Shown: one piece after another, positions 1-8,505 of the stretch | How positions within the stretch are numbered: position 1 is the stretch's first letter | How the letters are laid out: every line of letters begins with the position of its first letter | Source: a virus | Virus record (IMG/VR): IMGVR_UViG_3300013772_000002 | Span: 1-64,000 of that record | Reading direction: 5' to 3' (one strand) | DNA: 64,000 nucleotides | The notes under the pieces: generated by a model | The model's database searches: none | The model's input: only the letters and a program-made list of their open reading frames with translations | What the model was told of the DNA's origin: nothing | Made by a program: the position numbers and the translations under genes

Positions 1-128
1 GTTGCCTCATGGGCCGTGAGCGCCGCCGCCGCCGCAAAGTGTGCCGCCGAGGTTCCCCATTCGTTGCCGTTCCACGCTTTGGTTGGTTCGTCCTTGCGAA
101 CGACGTGACTGAGATAGATCGTTGCCAC
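1..128 (-). CDS. Early hypothetical protein, truncated by window edge (MATIYLSHVVRKDEPTK...)
   Basis: GTG start after GAAAGGACA RBS, downstream of promoter 166-194. Confidence 0.6.
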   Translation of the reverse strand, partial: MATIYLSHVVRKDEPTKAWNGNEWGTSAAHFAAAAALTAHEA

Positions 129-195
129 TGGCTTGTCCTTTCCCTAACTCCCATTCGACATACTCAGTCTATCATGGAATGGCTATGGTGTCAAG

Positions 196-381
196 TTATC
201 CCGCGACGAACGGACGGGAGATTGACCAGTAGCGCGCCGATTGATGCGTGATGGCGATATGGTTGCGTTCCACCATCCGCAAAATCGCTCGATCGAGGTC
301 GGTCTCTCCTTTGGGTATGCGACAACGTTTGGCCTTGCGATCACATTCGACGAGATGAAGCATGATACTGAACGCGATCAT
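196..381 (-). CDS. Early hypothetical protein (MIAFSIMLH...)
   Basis: GGAAGGA RBS; ends next to the -35 of the following promoter. Confidence 0.6.
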   Translation of the reverse strand: MIAFSIMLHLVECDRKAKRCRIPKGETDLDRAILRMVERNHIAITHQSARYWSISRPFVAG

Positions 382-438
382 CGTGTATCGTCCTTCCCGG
401 TTCGGTGGTGTCACTTGACACCACCGCCTACGTATCGC

Positions 439-720
439 CTACCCGAATGCTCGCGTATTGTCCCGAACCCACATCCCGTACGCGCGGTCATCATGCGGCG
501 CGCTGTAGAGCGTGAAATCGTGATCGCTCTTGAACCGTTTGCCACAGATGAGCATTTCGGTCCCTATCAGACGGTCCCCGGCCACCGCTCCAGATTCCAC
601 GGCCTTGCGCGCCATGTCACGCGGCGTCATATCATAGCCGAACGTTTTGCCCGTTCGCTCGATCCGCGCCCATGATGGCATCATCGCGTTCATGCTGCCG
701 ATCATTTTGGGTTTCGCCAT
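439..720 (-). CDS. Early hypothetical protein, 93 aa
   Basis: Own promoter (759-787) and GGAAAGGA RBS. Confidence 0.7.
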   Translation of the reverse strand: MAKPKMIGSMNAMMPSWARIERTGKTFGYDMTPRDMARKAVESGAVAGDRLIGTEMLICGKRFKSDHDFTLYSAPHDDRAYGMWVRDNTRAFG

Positions 721-775
721 CGCCTTGTCCTTTCCGTTACTCGACTATCGACACTTACAGAATAGCACGGTTACA

Positions 776-1111
776 CTACGTTGTCAAGTCGGGGACGATC
801 AGCAATTCCCGACGATAGTAGTTCGGCGGGTTCTCCAGCGCGGCGTCGAGCACCAGCGGCAGCACGTCCGCGAGCGTCACACGCAGGCGACCGGCGCGAT
901 AGACGAGTATGCAGGCATCGCCGCGTATCCAACGCTTAGGACCCTCGTTGAGTGCTACGGCGTCAATGTACGCGCCCGCGTCATCGTCTACAGTGACGCC
1001 CGCCCATCGTGCGCGTATGCCGTCGCGGTCATACTCGTTCGCGCGATCGAATGCCTGCATCTCAGCAATCTGTCCGAGCATGGTAGAGATGGTATCGACG
1101 ATATCCGGCAT
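776..1111 (-). CDS. Early hypothetical protein, 111 aa
   Basis: AAAGGGGAG RBS; 3' end overlaps the next -35. Confidence 0.7.
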   Translation of the reverse strand: MPDIVDTISTMLGQIAEMQAFDRANEYDRDGIRARWAGVTVDDDAGAYIDAVALNEGPKRWIRGDACILVYRAGRLRVTLADVLPLVLDAALENPPNYYRRELLIVPDLTT

Positions 1112-1129
1112 GATGCTCCCCTTTCGGCC

Positions 1130-1354
1130 CTAGAGCGGGCCGAATTCCCGTTCGAAGGTCGTGCAGACATGTTGCGCGGCGTCCTCGGCCGTCCGATGCA
1201 ACGTACCGTGTCCGAGCAAGTTCTCAGCCACGATATACCCTTTAGGGGTACGTGTTACGCACGCGAACGTGTAGCCGCTTTCCTGGAAGTTTGCCCGATT
1301 GCCAATTGGCATCGCGGCAAGGAACGTCGCGTGCGATGCAGTGTGTCCGGTCAT
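1130..1354 (-). CDS. Early hypothetical protein (MTGHTASH...)
   Basis: Promoter 1392-1420, GAAAGGAC RBS; start refined from the ORF track. Confidence 0.7.
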   Translation of the reverse strand: MTGHTASHATFLAAMPIGNRANFQESGYTFACVTRTPKGYIVAENLLGHGTLHRTAEDAAQHVCTTFEREFGPL

Positions 1355-1421
1355 CGTGTTGTCCTTTCCGTGTCTCTCTTTCCACACGCTCATCATAGCG
1401 TGGAATGACTACGATGTCAAG

Positions 1422-1661
1422 TTAGTCGATCTCTGCGAGCAACGCTGAGTTGATCTCATCACGAGTGAATTCACCCGATGCCAGCACGCGCCGCGCCCAT
1501 TGGCGTTGTCCCTCACGGACTGCATCCGCCCGCCGAACCACTTCCCGATGCGCGTCGCTATAGGACGGGTCCGTGCGGAAGGCGTTCAGCATTGTGGCAG
1601 CGTTGGCGCGGGTAAGGGTGTTCAGATAGTTTTCGATGCTATGGATGTATGCGAGGTCCAT
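1422..1661 (-). CDS. Early hypothetical protein (MDLAYIHS...)
   Basis: Promoter 1703-1731, GAAAGGAC RBS. Confidence 0.7.
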   Translation of the reverse strand: MDLAYIHSIENYLNTLTRANAATMLNAFRTDPSYSDAHREVVRRADAVREGQRQWARRVLASGEFTRDEINSALLAEID

Positions 1662-1719
1662 CTCAATGTCCTTTCCTATTCCCTTGCTACTCGACTGCAC
1701 TCATCATATCACGGAATGA

Positions 1720-1908
1720 CTACGTTGTCAAATGCAGGCGTCCGCGTTGCTTGTCGATCGCCGCCTGCAGGCGTACGTAATCGATCGCACACGCATTGCC
1801 GGAGCGGCGGTGATGCGTGAGCAGTTCGGCTGCCTGGAGGACGGTCATCGCATTGACGATGATATCATCGGCGGTATACGTTTCTTTCGGTACGCTCGGT
1901 ACGCTCAT
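1720..1908 (-). CDS. Early hypothetical protein (MSVPSVPK...)
   Basis: Promoter 1951-1979, GAAAGGAC RBS. Confidence 0.65.
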   Translation of the reverse strand: MSVPSVPKETYTADDIIVNAMTVLQAAELLTHHRRSGNACAIDYVRLQAAIDKQRGRLHLTT

Positions 1909-1975
1909 CGTGCATCGTCCTTTCCTGTTCACTTCCTATTCGACATACTCATCATATCATGGAACGGGGAGAATG

Positions 1976-2149
1976 TCAAGCCATGCCAAGGCAACGCGTA
2001 CCGCGATATACCCACACACATTGGCCGGCCCGCTCATGCATCGCCACTATCGCCTTGCGCCATGCGCCCTGTTCAGTGAGGGCGGTGGCGACGGTTCGCA
2101 TCCCATCATCCGCGAACGAGTAGACCATGATTTGATACCGTCCGGTCAT
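1976..2149 (-). CDS. Early hypothetical protein, 57 aa (MTGRYQIMVYSFADDG...), not in ORF track
   Basis: Leader GAAAGGACGATGCACGATG matches that of 1720-1908; the TGA stop lies within the next TTGACA. Confidence 0.6.
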   Translation of the reverse strand: MTGRYQIMVYSFADDGMRTVATALTEQGAWRKAIVAMHERAGQCVWVYRGTRCLGMA

Positions 2150-2212
2150 CGTGCATCGTCCTTTCTATGCGAGGGCGGCTTGCGCCGCCCGATCCGCGTG
2201 CATCGTCCGAAA

Positions 2213-2614
2213 CTAGTGAGTGCTGAAGACGCTGGAAAGGTATTCCGTATCGTGTCCGGTCATCGCGCCGAGGGTTTCAGCGGCCCCCATGTAGAAATTG
2301 AACGTCTCTTCTCCCATTTCCGCGATCGCGTTCGTCACGCCGTTCGTTGCGCCGTCCCTATCGTAGCGAACGTATTCCACGGCCCAATCGGTGTGCGAAA
2401 CCAGGTCGGCCATCGTGATCTCGTCGGGCTGGAGGGTACGGCGGCCGGCCATGCTGTACTTCGTGTACGTGACCTGTCCTTTGTGGTTTGCCACCGTCAC
2501 ATCGAAGAGCGTTCGTCCATCGTCATCAACCTGCCGATTGCGAAACCACAGGTCGATCCCATGCTCGATAATGAATTCCACTGCTGCCGCTTGTGCTTCG
2601 GGCGTCTCATACAT
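2213..2614 (-). CDS. Early hypothetical protein, 133 aa
   Basis: Promoter 2653-2681, GAAAGGAC RBS. Confidence 0.75.
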   Translation of the reverse strand: MYETPEAQAAAVEFIIEHGIDLWFRNRQVDDDGRTLFDVTVANHKGQVTYTKYSMAGRRTLQPDEITMADLVSHTDWAVEYVRYDRDGATNGVTNAIAEMGEETFNFYMGAAETLGAMTGHDTEYLSSVFSTH

Positions 2615-2689
2615 CGCTTGGTCCTTTCCGCATCTCTCATCTCGACATGCTCATCATAGCACGGTTGCGCTATGGTGTCAAGCCGCCGC

Positions 2690-2839
2690 TTAGTGAATGC
2701 GACGGCGCGGGCGTAGCACGGTCTCTTGCGTCCACAGGACATAGAAGAAGACGATCACGGCGGCTACCAGGGGGTTGGTGAGCATCGTCACACCAAACCC
2801 CATGATGACGGTGGCGATCAGCCAGTACGCCAGTATCAC
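2690..2839 (-). CDS. Small membrane protein, 49 aa (MILAYWLIATVIMGFG...)
   Basis: GTGA overlap with the upstream stop; hydrophobic core with a basic C-terminus. Confidence 0.55.
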   Translation of the reverse strand: MILAYWLIATVIMGFGVTMLTNPLVAAVIVFFYVLWTQETVLRPRRRIH

Positions 2840-3060
2840 CGTGCGCGCTCCATCTCGATTGAGATGGAGGAGAGGCTTGACTCGCTGAAGCCAGTGAATT
2901 GGCAGGTGTCATACTCGCCCGCGTACGGGCCGGACCAGATTGCGACGACGGAAGCGAACCACGGGTACTGGGTGGAGACTTCCGTGGCGGTGAGCGTCTC
3001 CTGATAGTCTGACTCCGGGTCGTCGCCACGCTTGATAGTGACGATGAACGTGCGTTCCAT
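2836..3060 (-). CDS. Early hypothetical protein, 74 aa, acidic
   Basis: GAAAGGGAC RBS. Confidence 0.65.
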   Translation of the reverse strand: MERTFIVTIKRGDDPESDYQETLTATEVSTQYPWFASVVAIWSGPYAGEYDTCQFTGFSESSLSSISIEMERAR

Positions 3061-3121
3061 GGCGGTGTCCCTTTCGTTACGCGCGCCCCTCGATAATGCC
3101 GAGGGGCGCTATCGTCATGTC

Positions 3122-3310
3122 CTACCCGCGCCCCTCGATAATCTCGAGCGCGCGCTGCATACCCTTGAGCTGGTACGCCATCGGCGACGTGAGCACATTG
3201 GGGTTGCGCGTGGCGATGTCCGCGATGAGCTTCTCCAGGTGCTCGGTCCGATTCTTGAGCTCCTCGATCGGCGTGACGACGAACGCGCCATTGATATAGT
3301 TGCCGTGCAT
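3122..3310 (-). CDS. Early hypothetical protein, 62 aa
   Basis: Promoter 3351-3379, GAAAGGAC RBS. Confidence 0.65.
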   Translation of the reverse strand: MHGNYINGAFVVTPIEELKNRTEHLEKLIADIATRNPNVLTSPMAYQLKGMQRALEIIEGRG

Positions 3311-3375
3311 ACCTTGTCCTTTCCTGAACTCCCGATCCTCGACTAACCGTAGTATAGCATGGTAGCGTTATCGTG

Positions 3376-3627
3376 TCAACTCGCGTACGCCATCTCCGCC
3401 GTTCGCGCGTCGATATTGGCGAGCAGTTCGTCGAGCATCAGGGAGAATTCATGATCGCGCTCGGCGCGGACGGCGAATGAGCGATTCCACACGCGCAACG
3501 TCACTCCGTGCGCGACCGCATAGCGCGGGCAGAAGCATCGCACGTCGCGGAATTCCCGAAACAGTCGCACGCCCCGCCAGAGACCGTCCTCACCTAGTTC
3601 GTCAATGCCGATAATCTCGTATGTCAT
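3376..3627 (-). CDS. Early hypothetical protein (MTYEIIGID...)
   Basis: Promoter 3667-3695, GAAGGGAG RBS. Confidence 0.65.
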   Translation of the reverse strand: MTYEIIGIDELGEDGLWRGVRLFREFRDVRCFCPRYAVAHGVTLRVWNRSFAVRAERDHEFSLMLDELLANIDARTAEMAYAS

Positions 3628-3773
3628 GATGTGTGCTCCCTTCCGCATCTCTCGTTCGACATACTCAGGATATCATGGTAGCACGCGAAAGTCAATCTAT
3701 CGTTCGCTTGACACCGATGCGATACCATGCTATTCTGAATGTGTGGACAGGACGAAACGAATAGGGGGCCGAG

Positions 3774-4016
3774 ATGCTGGAAACCTTGATAGTGGGAATG
3801 GCGAATATCGCTGAAGGCGCGATGATGAATGACGCGGTGATGGCACGCATGGGTGTCTGTGAAGTTGAGGTCGGCCTGAAGTATACCGCGCTTGCACCGA
3901 GCGTACAGGCGATCGTTCGCGCCACGCTCGACGTGGCGAAGCGCCGCTACCCCTTCCCCACGCTTTCCGCTCCGGACTATGCGTATCTCGCAATGGGCGA
4001 TGCCCCTGCCGCCTGA
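3774..4016 (+). CDS. Early hypothetical protein, 80 aa
   Basis: Promoter 3708-3736, AGGGGG RBS. Confidence 0.6.
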   Translation: MLETLIVGMANIAEGAMMNDAVMARMGVCEVEVGLKYTALAPSVQAIVRATLDVAKRRYPFPTLSAPDYAYLAMGDAPAA

Positions 4017-4085
4017 CTTGTCATCGTGCGATAACCGTGATATGATGAACGTGTCGGATCGAGTAGTCTCGGAAAGGACAAACAC

Positions 4086-4397
4086 ATGAGTTGGTTCAAT
4101 GTCCCCGTTACCGCCGCGAACAATGCCTTTCTCGCGCAAGAGGGTGGCGGCCGCGCCCCGGTCACGTTGCGCCTGCAGCGCGTCGCGCGCACCGCACCGC
4201 AGAAAGTGATTGCCAACGCGCTGGCGGTCGCGTACAGCGCGGTGCCGAACCTGCTCACGGATGATGAGCGCGCGTTCCTCACCAATGCCAACGATGGCAT
4301 GTTGTACCATCGGGTGAACATGATCGAGCATTACTGCACCTTCCCCTCCAGCCCTGTGATGGTCGCGCAAACCTTCCGGATGCTCGGCATCGCGTAG
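4086..4397 (+). CDS. Early hypothetical protein, 103 aa
   Basis: Promoter 4018-4046, GAAAGGAC RBS. Confidence 0.7.
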   Translation: MSWFNVPVTAANNAFLAQEGGGRAPVTLRLQRVARTAPQKVIANALAVAYSAVPNLLTDDERAFLTNANDGMLYHRVNMIEHYCTFPSSPVMVAQTFRMLGIA

Positions 4398-4490
4398 CAC
4401 GAACACCGTGCGATGGTGTCGCTTGACACCATCGCTGATCCGTGATATGATGAGCATGGCGAATGAGAGTGGTTAGGAAAGGAACGAGCG

Positions 4491-4703
4491 ATGGTTGCGC
4501 GCAAACGGTCAACACACACCGTCGAAGACATTGTGATGAATGGTCTGCCGGAGCACGGCATCACGGGGGCGCAAGTCCAGGCATTGCTCGTTCGGGGCAA
4601 GAAACCGTTCGAGTGCATGGAGTGCGGTCGCAAGATGACGACGGCGCAAGCGGAGCGCATGGAATGCCCGTCGTGCGGCGGCAGTGATATCGATATCGCC
4701 TAG
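4491..4703 (+). CDS. Small zinc-ribbon protein
   Basis: CMEC...CPSC motif pair; promoter and GAAAGGA RBS. Confidence 0.75.
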   Translation: MVARKRSTHTVEDIVMNGLPEHGITGAQVQALLVRGKKPFECMECGRKMTTAQAERMECPSCGGSDIDIA

Positions 4704-4711
4704 AGCAACCG

Positions 4712-4743
4712 GCGGGCGAGGAGCGACATTGCTCCTCGCCCGC
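4712..4743 (+). terminator. GC-rich hairpin after the zinc-ribbon gene
   Basis: GCGGGCGAGGAGC-GACATT-GCTCCTCGCCCGC, a 13-bp stem followed by a pyrimidine tract. Confidence 0.55.
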
Positions 4744-4888
4744 TCTCCCTTCCTGCCCCTTGCACCGCGCTCGCGCGCCGATCGCGGCCTTGCTCGCTCG
4801 CGCAAGCGTCGCGCGTGATTTGACATCGTGCGACGACCGTGATAAACTGAAAGTGTCGAGATGAGTAGTCAGGAAAGGGCAAAACCCC

Positions 4889-5074
4889 ATGAGCGCGATC
4901 ACAGACTACATGCGGGAGATGGATCAGCAGATGGACCGGCTGGAGCGGATGGGCCTAGGCAAGCCGCTCGTTAGCAAGAAAGAATCGCTGTACCCGGTCC
5001 CCGTCGGCCATCGCATCGTCAATGTGTGGGCCACCAGCGCCGCACAGGCACACGAGCGGGCCGAAGCACGCTAA
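4889..5074 (+). CDS. Early hypothetical protein, 61 aa
   Basis: Promoter 4820-4848, GAAAGGG RBS. Confidence 0.65.
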   Translation: MSAITDYMREMDQQMDRLERMGLGKPLVSKKESLYPVPVGHRIVNVWATSAAQAHERAEAR

Positions 5075-5170
5075 CACGAACGCGGCGATATCGCTTGATA
5101 TCGCTTGATATCGCCGCTCATCCATGCGATACTGTGAGCGTGGCAACCGTGGTTCAGAAAGGGCAAACCG

Positions 5171-5311
5171 ATGAAACCCGTCACGCAAGCGATCGTCATT
5201 ACTCTCATATGTATTTTGCTCGTCTCTCTGCTGCATTGGCCGCTCCTGGCCGTCGCGGCGGGGTATGGTGCCTATATGGTTGGACGTTTCGGGGGTTGGC
5301 TCTTTTTCTAG
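5171..5311 (+). CDS. Small membrane protein, 46 aa (MKPVTQAIVITLICILL...)
   Basis: Promoter 5105-5133, GAAAGGG RBS, hydrophobic. Confidence 0.6.
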   Translation: MKPVTQAIVITLICILLVSLLHWPLLAVAAGYGAYMVGRFGGWLFF

Positions 5312-5393
5312 AGCCGCCATCGTTTGACATCGTGCGACGACCGTGATATACTGAAGTCGCAGGCAATCGGAAGTACAGAAAGGACTAAGCGTC

Positions 5394-5684
5394 ATGTATG
5401 TCACGATCGTTGCCACCGATGCTCCTTACGTCCGCGGTTCGTCCGGTCGGATCGACGAGCATGACGCCGTGACCGGACAGGCGGTTTTCTACGGTCTCAT
5501 CGGTGCCACCAACGGCGTGTACATGCACCAGGTAGCGGAATATCGCACCGTCGCGGCCGTCCTCGCACGCGCCGATCTTGCCACATGGGTAGAGAAGATG
5601 CAACCGATATGGGCGGCGCAAGAGGCCGCTCTGGCCGATCTCGAGGCGTTCTGCCGCGAACCGCTCGAGCCGAAGGGGGAATAG
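5394..5684 (+). CDS. Early hypothetical protein, 96 aa
   Basis: Promoter 5324-5352, GAAAGGAC RBS. Confidence 0.7.
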   Translation: MYVTIVATDAPYVRGSSGRIDEHDAVTGQAVFYGLIGATNGVYMHQVAEYRTVAAVLARADLATWVEKMQPIWAAQEAALADLEAFCREPLEPKGE

Positions 5685-5685
5685 C

Positions 5686-5847
5686 ATGGACGCGAACGAG
5701 CGGGCCGAACACAAGGCGCAAGCGCGCGACGGCAAGGCGCATAAGGCGCAATACGGTCATCGGGTGAGTGGCAAGAGCGTCATCTTGCTCGATCGCATCA
5801 ACCGTGAGCGCGTGGCGAAACTCCCCAAAGATCGTGCGGCGGCTTGA
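5686..5847 (+). CDS. Small basic protein, 53 aa (MDANERAEHK...)
   Basis: AAGGGGGA RBS; TGA stop within the next TTGACA. Confidence 0.55.
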   Translation: MDANERAEHKAQARDGKAHKAQYGHRVSGKSVILLDRINRERVAKLPKDRAAA

Positions 5848-5909
5848 CAACGTAGCACGACCGTGATATGATGAGAGCGGAAAGTCGAAGTACGGAAAGG
5901 ACAAACCCC

Positions 5910-6182
5910 ATGGCCTATCGCACTCGCATCGCGCCCCCGCTCTCGCAACGCTCCGCGTCCGAACTCTCGCTCGTCGTTGACCATTTCACAATGATGTACC
6001 TGGAGAACAAGGCCGCCCGCGACGCCCAATACGCACTCACAGGCGATGAAGATGACTACAACCGCCTGCAGGGCCCCGTGGATGCCGCGCGGGCGATGAT
6101 GCTCAAGGCCACCCGCGACCGCGACGCCGCCCACCGGCGTGAAGTTGCTCGATACGAGTCCCAATACGGTATCGAGTACTAG
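5910..6182 (+). CDS. Early hypothetical protein (MAYRTRIA...)
   Basis: Promoter 5844-5872, GAAAGGAC RBS. Confidence 0.7.
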   Translation: MAYRTRIAPPLSQRSASELSLVVDHFTMMYLENKAARDAQYALTGDEDDYNRLQGPVDAARAMMLKATRDRDAAHRREVARYESQYGIEY

Positions 6183-6345
6183 GGCGCATGGCGCGCCCTT
6201 CCCGACCGGGGGGAGCGCGCCCGCTCACACGTCCGCGCCGCGCTCGGACCCGCGGTCGTCGCGCTCATAACTGATTTGACATCGTGCGACGACCGTGATA
6301 TGATGAGAGCGTGGAAAGTCGAAGAGCGGAAAGGACCAAAGCCTC

Positions 6346-6885
6346 ATGGCGTATTACACATCTCCCTCGATCGTTCTCTCGGACAGCGGCGTAGGCATTC
6401 ACGAGGTCCGGCAGTACCAGCGCGGGACACTCACTTTCGACGCGGCGCTCAAGTTCTTGTGCGAGGGCTATCGCCAGTGGCAGCATGACGAGGGGTGCAA
6501 GCAGTATTTCTGCGAATTGACGGAGCGCCTGAAGAGCATTCACGCGCTCCGCATGGGCGACTGGGGCCGAACCAGCGCGGAACTCGCGGAACTCATGATT
6601 CACGCGGCTGAAGCCCCCGCGAACGCGGTCGCGGAGTTGGTAACGCGGCGGAATGCGGAAGATGACGCGCCGTTTGGCGCCGCGTTCGTCGCGGACCATA
6701 CGTACCCGGACGCAATTGAGCGCGGGTACTGCGTTGCCGGGGACTGTGTCTGCAGGATCGCAATGCATTGGGTGTTGCGCCAAGGCGCAAACGGGGAATG
6801 GGCGGAAATGATGACCTTTCTCGGCCTGGTCGGCGGGTACGCGTATTGGCAGCGCGGCCCGATACACACGCTGAAGGTCGTCTAG
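6346..6885 (+). CDS. Early hypothetical protein, 179 aa
   Basis: Promoter 6276-6304, GAAAGGAC RBS. Confidence 0.75.
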   Translation: MAYYTSPSIVLSDSGVGIHEVRQYQRGTLTFDAALKFLCEGYRQWQHDEGCKQYFCELTERLKSIHALRMGDWGRTSAELAELMIHAAEAPANAVAELVTRRNAEDDAPFGAAFVADHTYPDAIERGYCVAGDCVCRIAMHWVLRQGANGEWAEMMTFLGLVGGYAYWQRGPIHTLKVV

Positions 6886-7356
6886 CGGCACCCAGCGCCC
6901 TGCTACGCCCTCGCAGACAAGCGAGGGCGTTTGGGCTGCCCGCAGGCGCATGGCGTCGCACAGGGGCACTTGACAGCGTATGGGCACTATGGCATACTGC
7001 GCGTGGCTGGGAGGCTGCAAGAGACGCCGCGCGGATGGTCCGTCCGGCGTCTTACCTCGTGCGCCCGGCGTCGCACGCGGGCTCTTGGTGTCGTCTCCGG
7101 TCGTCCTGCGACGCCCCGTCATCGTCCTGTCGTCCTCTGTGGGCGATGTGACCGATCTACCATATGAGCCCCGTTGCTACGATGGGTCGTCATCGTCCCA
7201 GGATCGTCTGTACGGGGCGTAGGGCGGGCTATGCCCGGCTTCGCCGGTAGGCGTGTGTGGGCAAGAGGGGTGGTAAAAGGATTGTTAGATGGAACGATGC
7301 GTCAGGGCGAAGGGCGTTTTGTGTGGACGAAGGACCCCGGACCCCCCTTCTTTCTT

Positions 7357-7531
7357 TTGGTACCATCCAGGTTCTTTTTGAATTGGTACCATATTCATTT
7401 TTGAAAAGGGTGGTACACAATTATTCCCAGACACCCCTACCCCCTCTTTTGAAAAGGGACTCCGACTTTTCTACAAAAAGGGTGGTGCACCTCCTCTGCA
7501 AAAGGGTGGTATCGAATTTTGGAAAGGTGGT
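7357..7531 (+). repeat. Iteron-like direct repeats AAAAGGGTGGT in an AT-richer non-coding stretch
   Basis: AAAAGGGTGGT at 7404, 7476 and 7500; variants at 7447-7458 and 7517-7531; TTGGTACCAT at 7357 and 7383. Confidence 0.7.
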
Positions 7532-7612
7532 CGCTAAATTTGCCTACTTGACTTCGTCCTCTTCCCATGATATATCTTAGTCCTTCGATCGTCGCACCAA
7601 GGAGTACGATTC

Positions 7613-8134
7613 ATGAATCTCACCACGAAAGACATCGAGCGGTTTTGGTCGTATGTCGATGTACGAGAGTGTGACCAGTGTTGGTCGTGGACGGGGCATA
7701 TGACCCATGACGGTTATGGAGACATGAACGTCAAAGGAAAACATCTTCGTGTCGGTCGCATCGCATATTACCTCGAGTATGGCACGATCGATTCCAAGTC
7801 ACTTATTCGTCATTCATGCGACAACACATCCTGTGTCAATCCACGTCACTTACTTCAAGGGAATAAACTGCAAAATGCACAGGATATGATATCGCGTGGA
7901 CGTCAGTCGTCGGGAGAATGGTGTCCCTCCAAACCCAAACTCTCTCTCGAGATCGCTGCCGAGATCATCAATCGTCATGAGGGCGGCGAATCGAAACATG
8001 CGCTCGCAAGGTGCTTCGACGTAGATGTGAAGCAGATCATCCGCATCGTTCGTGGTGAGAGCTGGAAAGATGCCCGCATGCTTGCTTATGTCAGTCGCCT
8101 TGCTCAATCACTTGACTTGCCAGTCTTTCCATGA
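7613..8134 (+). CDS. HNH endonuclease with C-terminal HTH
   Basis: CWSWTG...GYG...IRHSCDNTSCVNPRHL motif; AAGGAG RBS; promoter at 7548. Confidence 0.88.
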   Translation: MNLTTKDIERFWSYVDVRECDQCWSWTGHMTHDGYGDMNVKGKHLRVGRIAYYLEYGTIDSKSLIRHSCDNTSCVNPRHLLQGNKLQNAQDMISRGRQSSGEWCPSKPKLSLEIAAEIINRHEGGESKHALARCFDVDVKQIIRIVRGESWKDARMLAYVSRLAQSLDLPVFP

Positions 8135-8190
8135 TATAGTGCAAAGGACGTCGGGATTGTTCCCCGCCGTATCGCCAAAGGAGGCGCTTC

Positions 8191-8505
8191 ATGGACCTAA
8201 CAACCGATCCGACCGATCCACGATTGACACATGGCGTCGACGAGACTCCCGTCCCGCAAGCCGAGACCTACCTCGTCCTTTCGCCCGAAGAGCTCGCCAA
8301 AGGATTCGTGCGACCTTATCGGGAGTCGTATTTCCACGTCCACGGTAAGTATCCCTGTGGGACGGTCACGACCATGGGGCGACCGATTGCCGAGACATAT
8401 GCGAGGAACCCCCACTTCTATGGCGCCACCTACTGTGTCGCTTGCGCGAAGCATCTCCCGCTCGGTGAGTTCGAGTGGTTCGATGGAACGAAACTCGGTA
8501 GTTGA
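8191..8505 (+). CDS. Phage hypothetical protein, possible Zn-binding (H..CG...CxxC..H)
   Basis: Promoter 8112-8140, AAGGAGG RBS. Confidence 0.75.
   Translation: MDLTTDPTDPRLTHGVDETPVPQAETYLVLSPEELAKGFVRPYRESYFHVHGKYPCGTVTTMGRPIAETYARNPHFYGATYCVACAKHLPLGEFEWFDGTKLGS

Larger units (their letters stand above)
166..3695 (-). promoter_or_regulatory. Eight leftward sigma70-type early promoters
   Basis: TTGAC(A/T)-17 bp-TAnnnT on the minus strand at 166-194, 759-787, 1392-1420, 1703-1731, 1951-1979, 2653-2681, 3351-3379 and 3667-3695; each is followed by a GAAAGGA-like RBS and a short ORF. Confidence 0.88.
3708..6998 (+). promoter_or_regulatory. Nine rightward sigma70-type early promoters
   Basis: -35/-10 pairs with 17-bp spacers at 3708-3736, 4018-4046, 4423-4451, 4820-4848, 5105-5133, 5324-5352, 5844-5872, 6276-6304 and 6970-6998; several share TTGACATCGTGCGACGACCGTGATA. 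Confidence 0.88.

Noticed and set aside
647-2659. Plus-strand ORFs 647-1408 and 1817-2659
   Set aside because: They span several minus-strand promoter-RBS-gene cassettes that have much stronger signals
166-6998. Repeated ~30-70 bp blocks as a CRISPR array or integron attC sites
   Set aside because: The repeats are degenerate promoter/RBS units separated by whole genes of variable length; there are no cas or integrase genes and no attC core motifs
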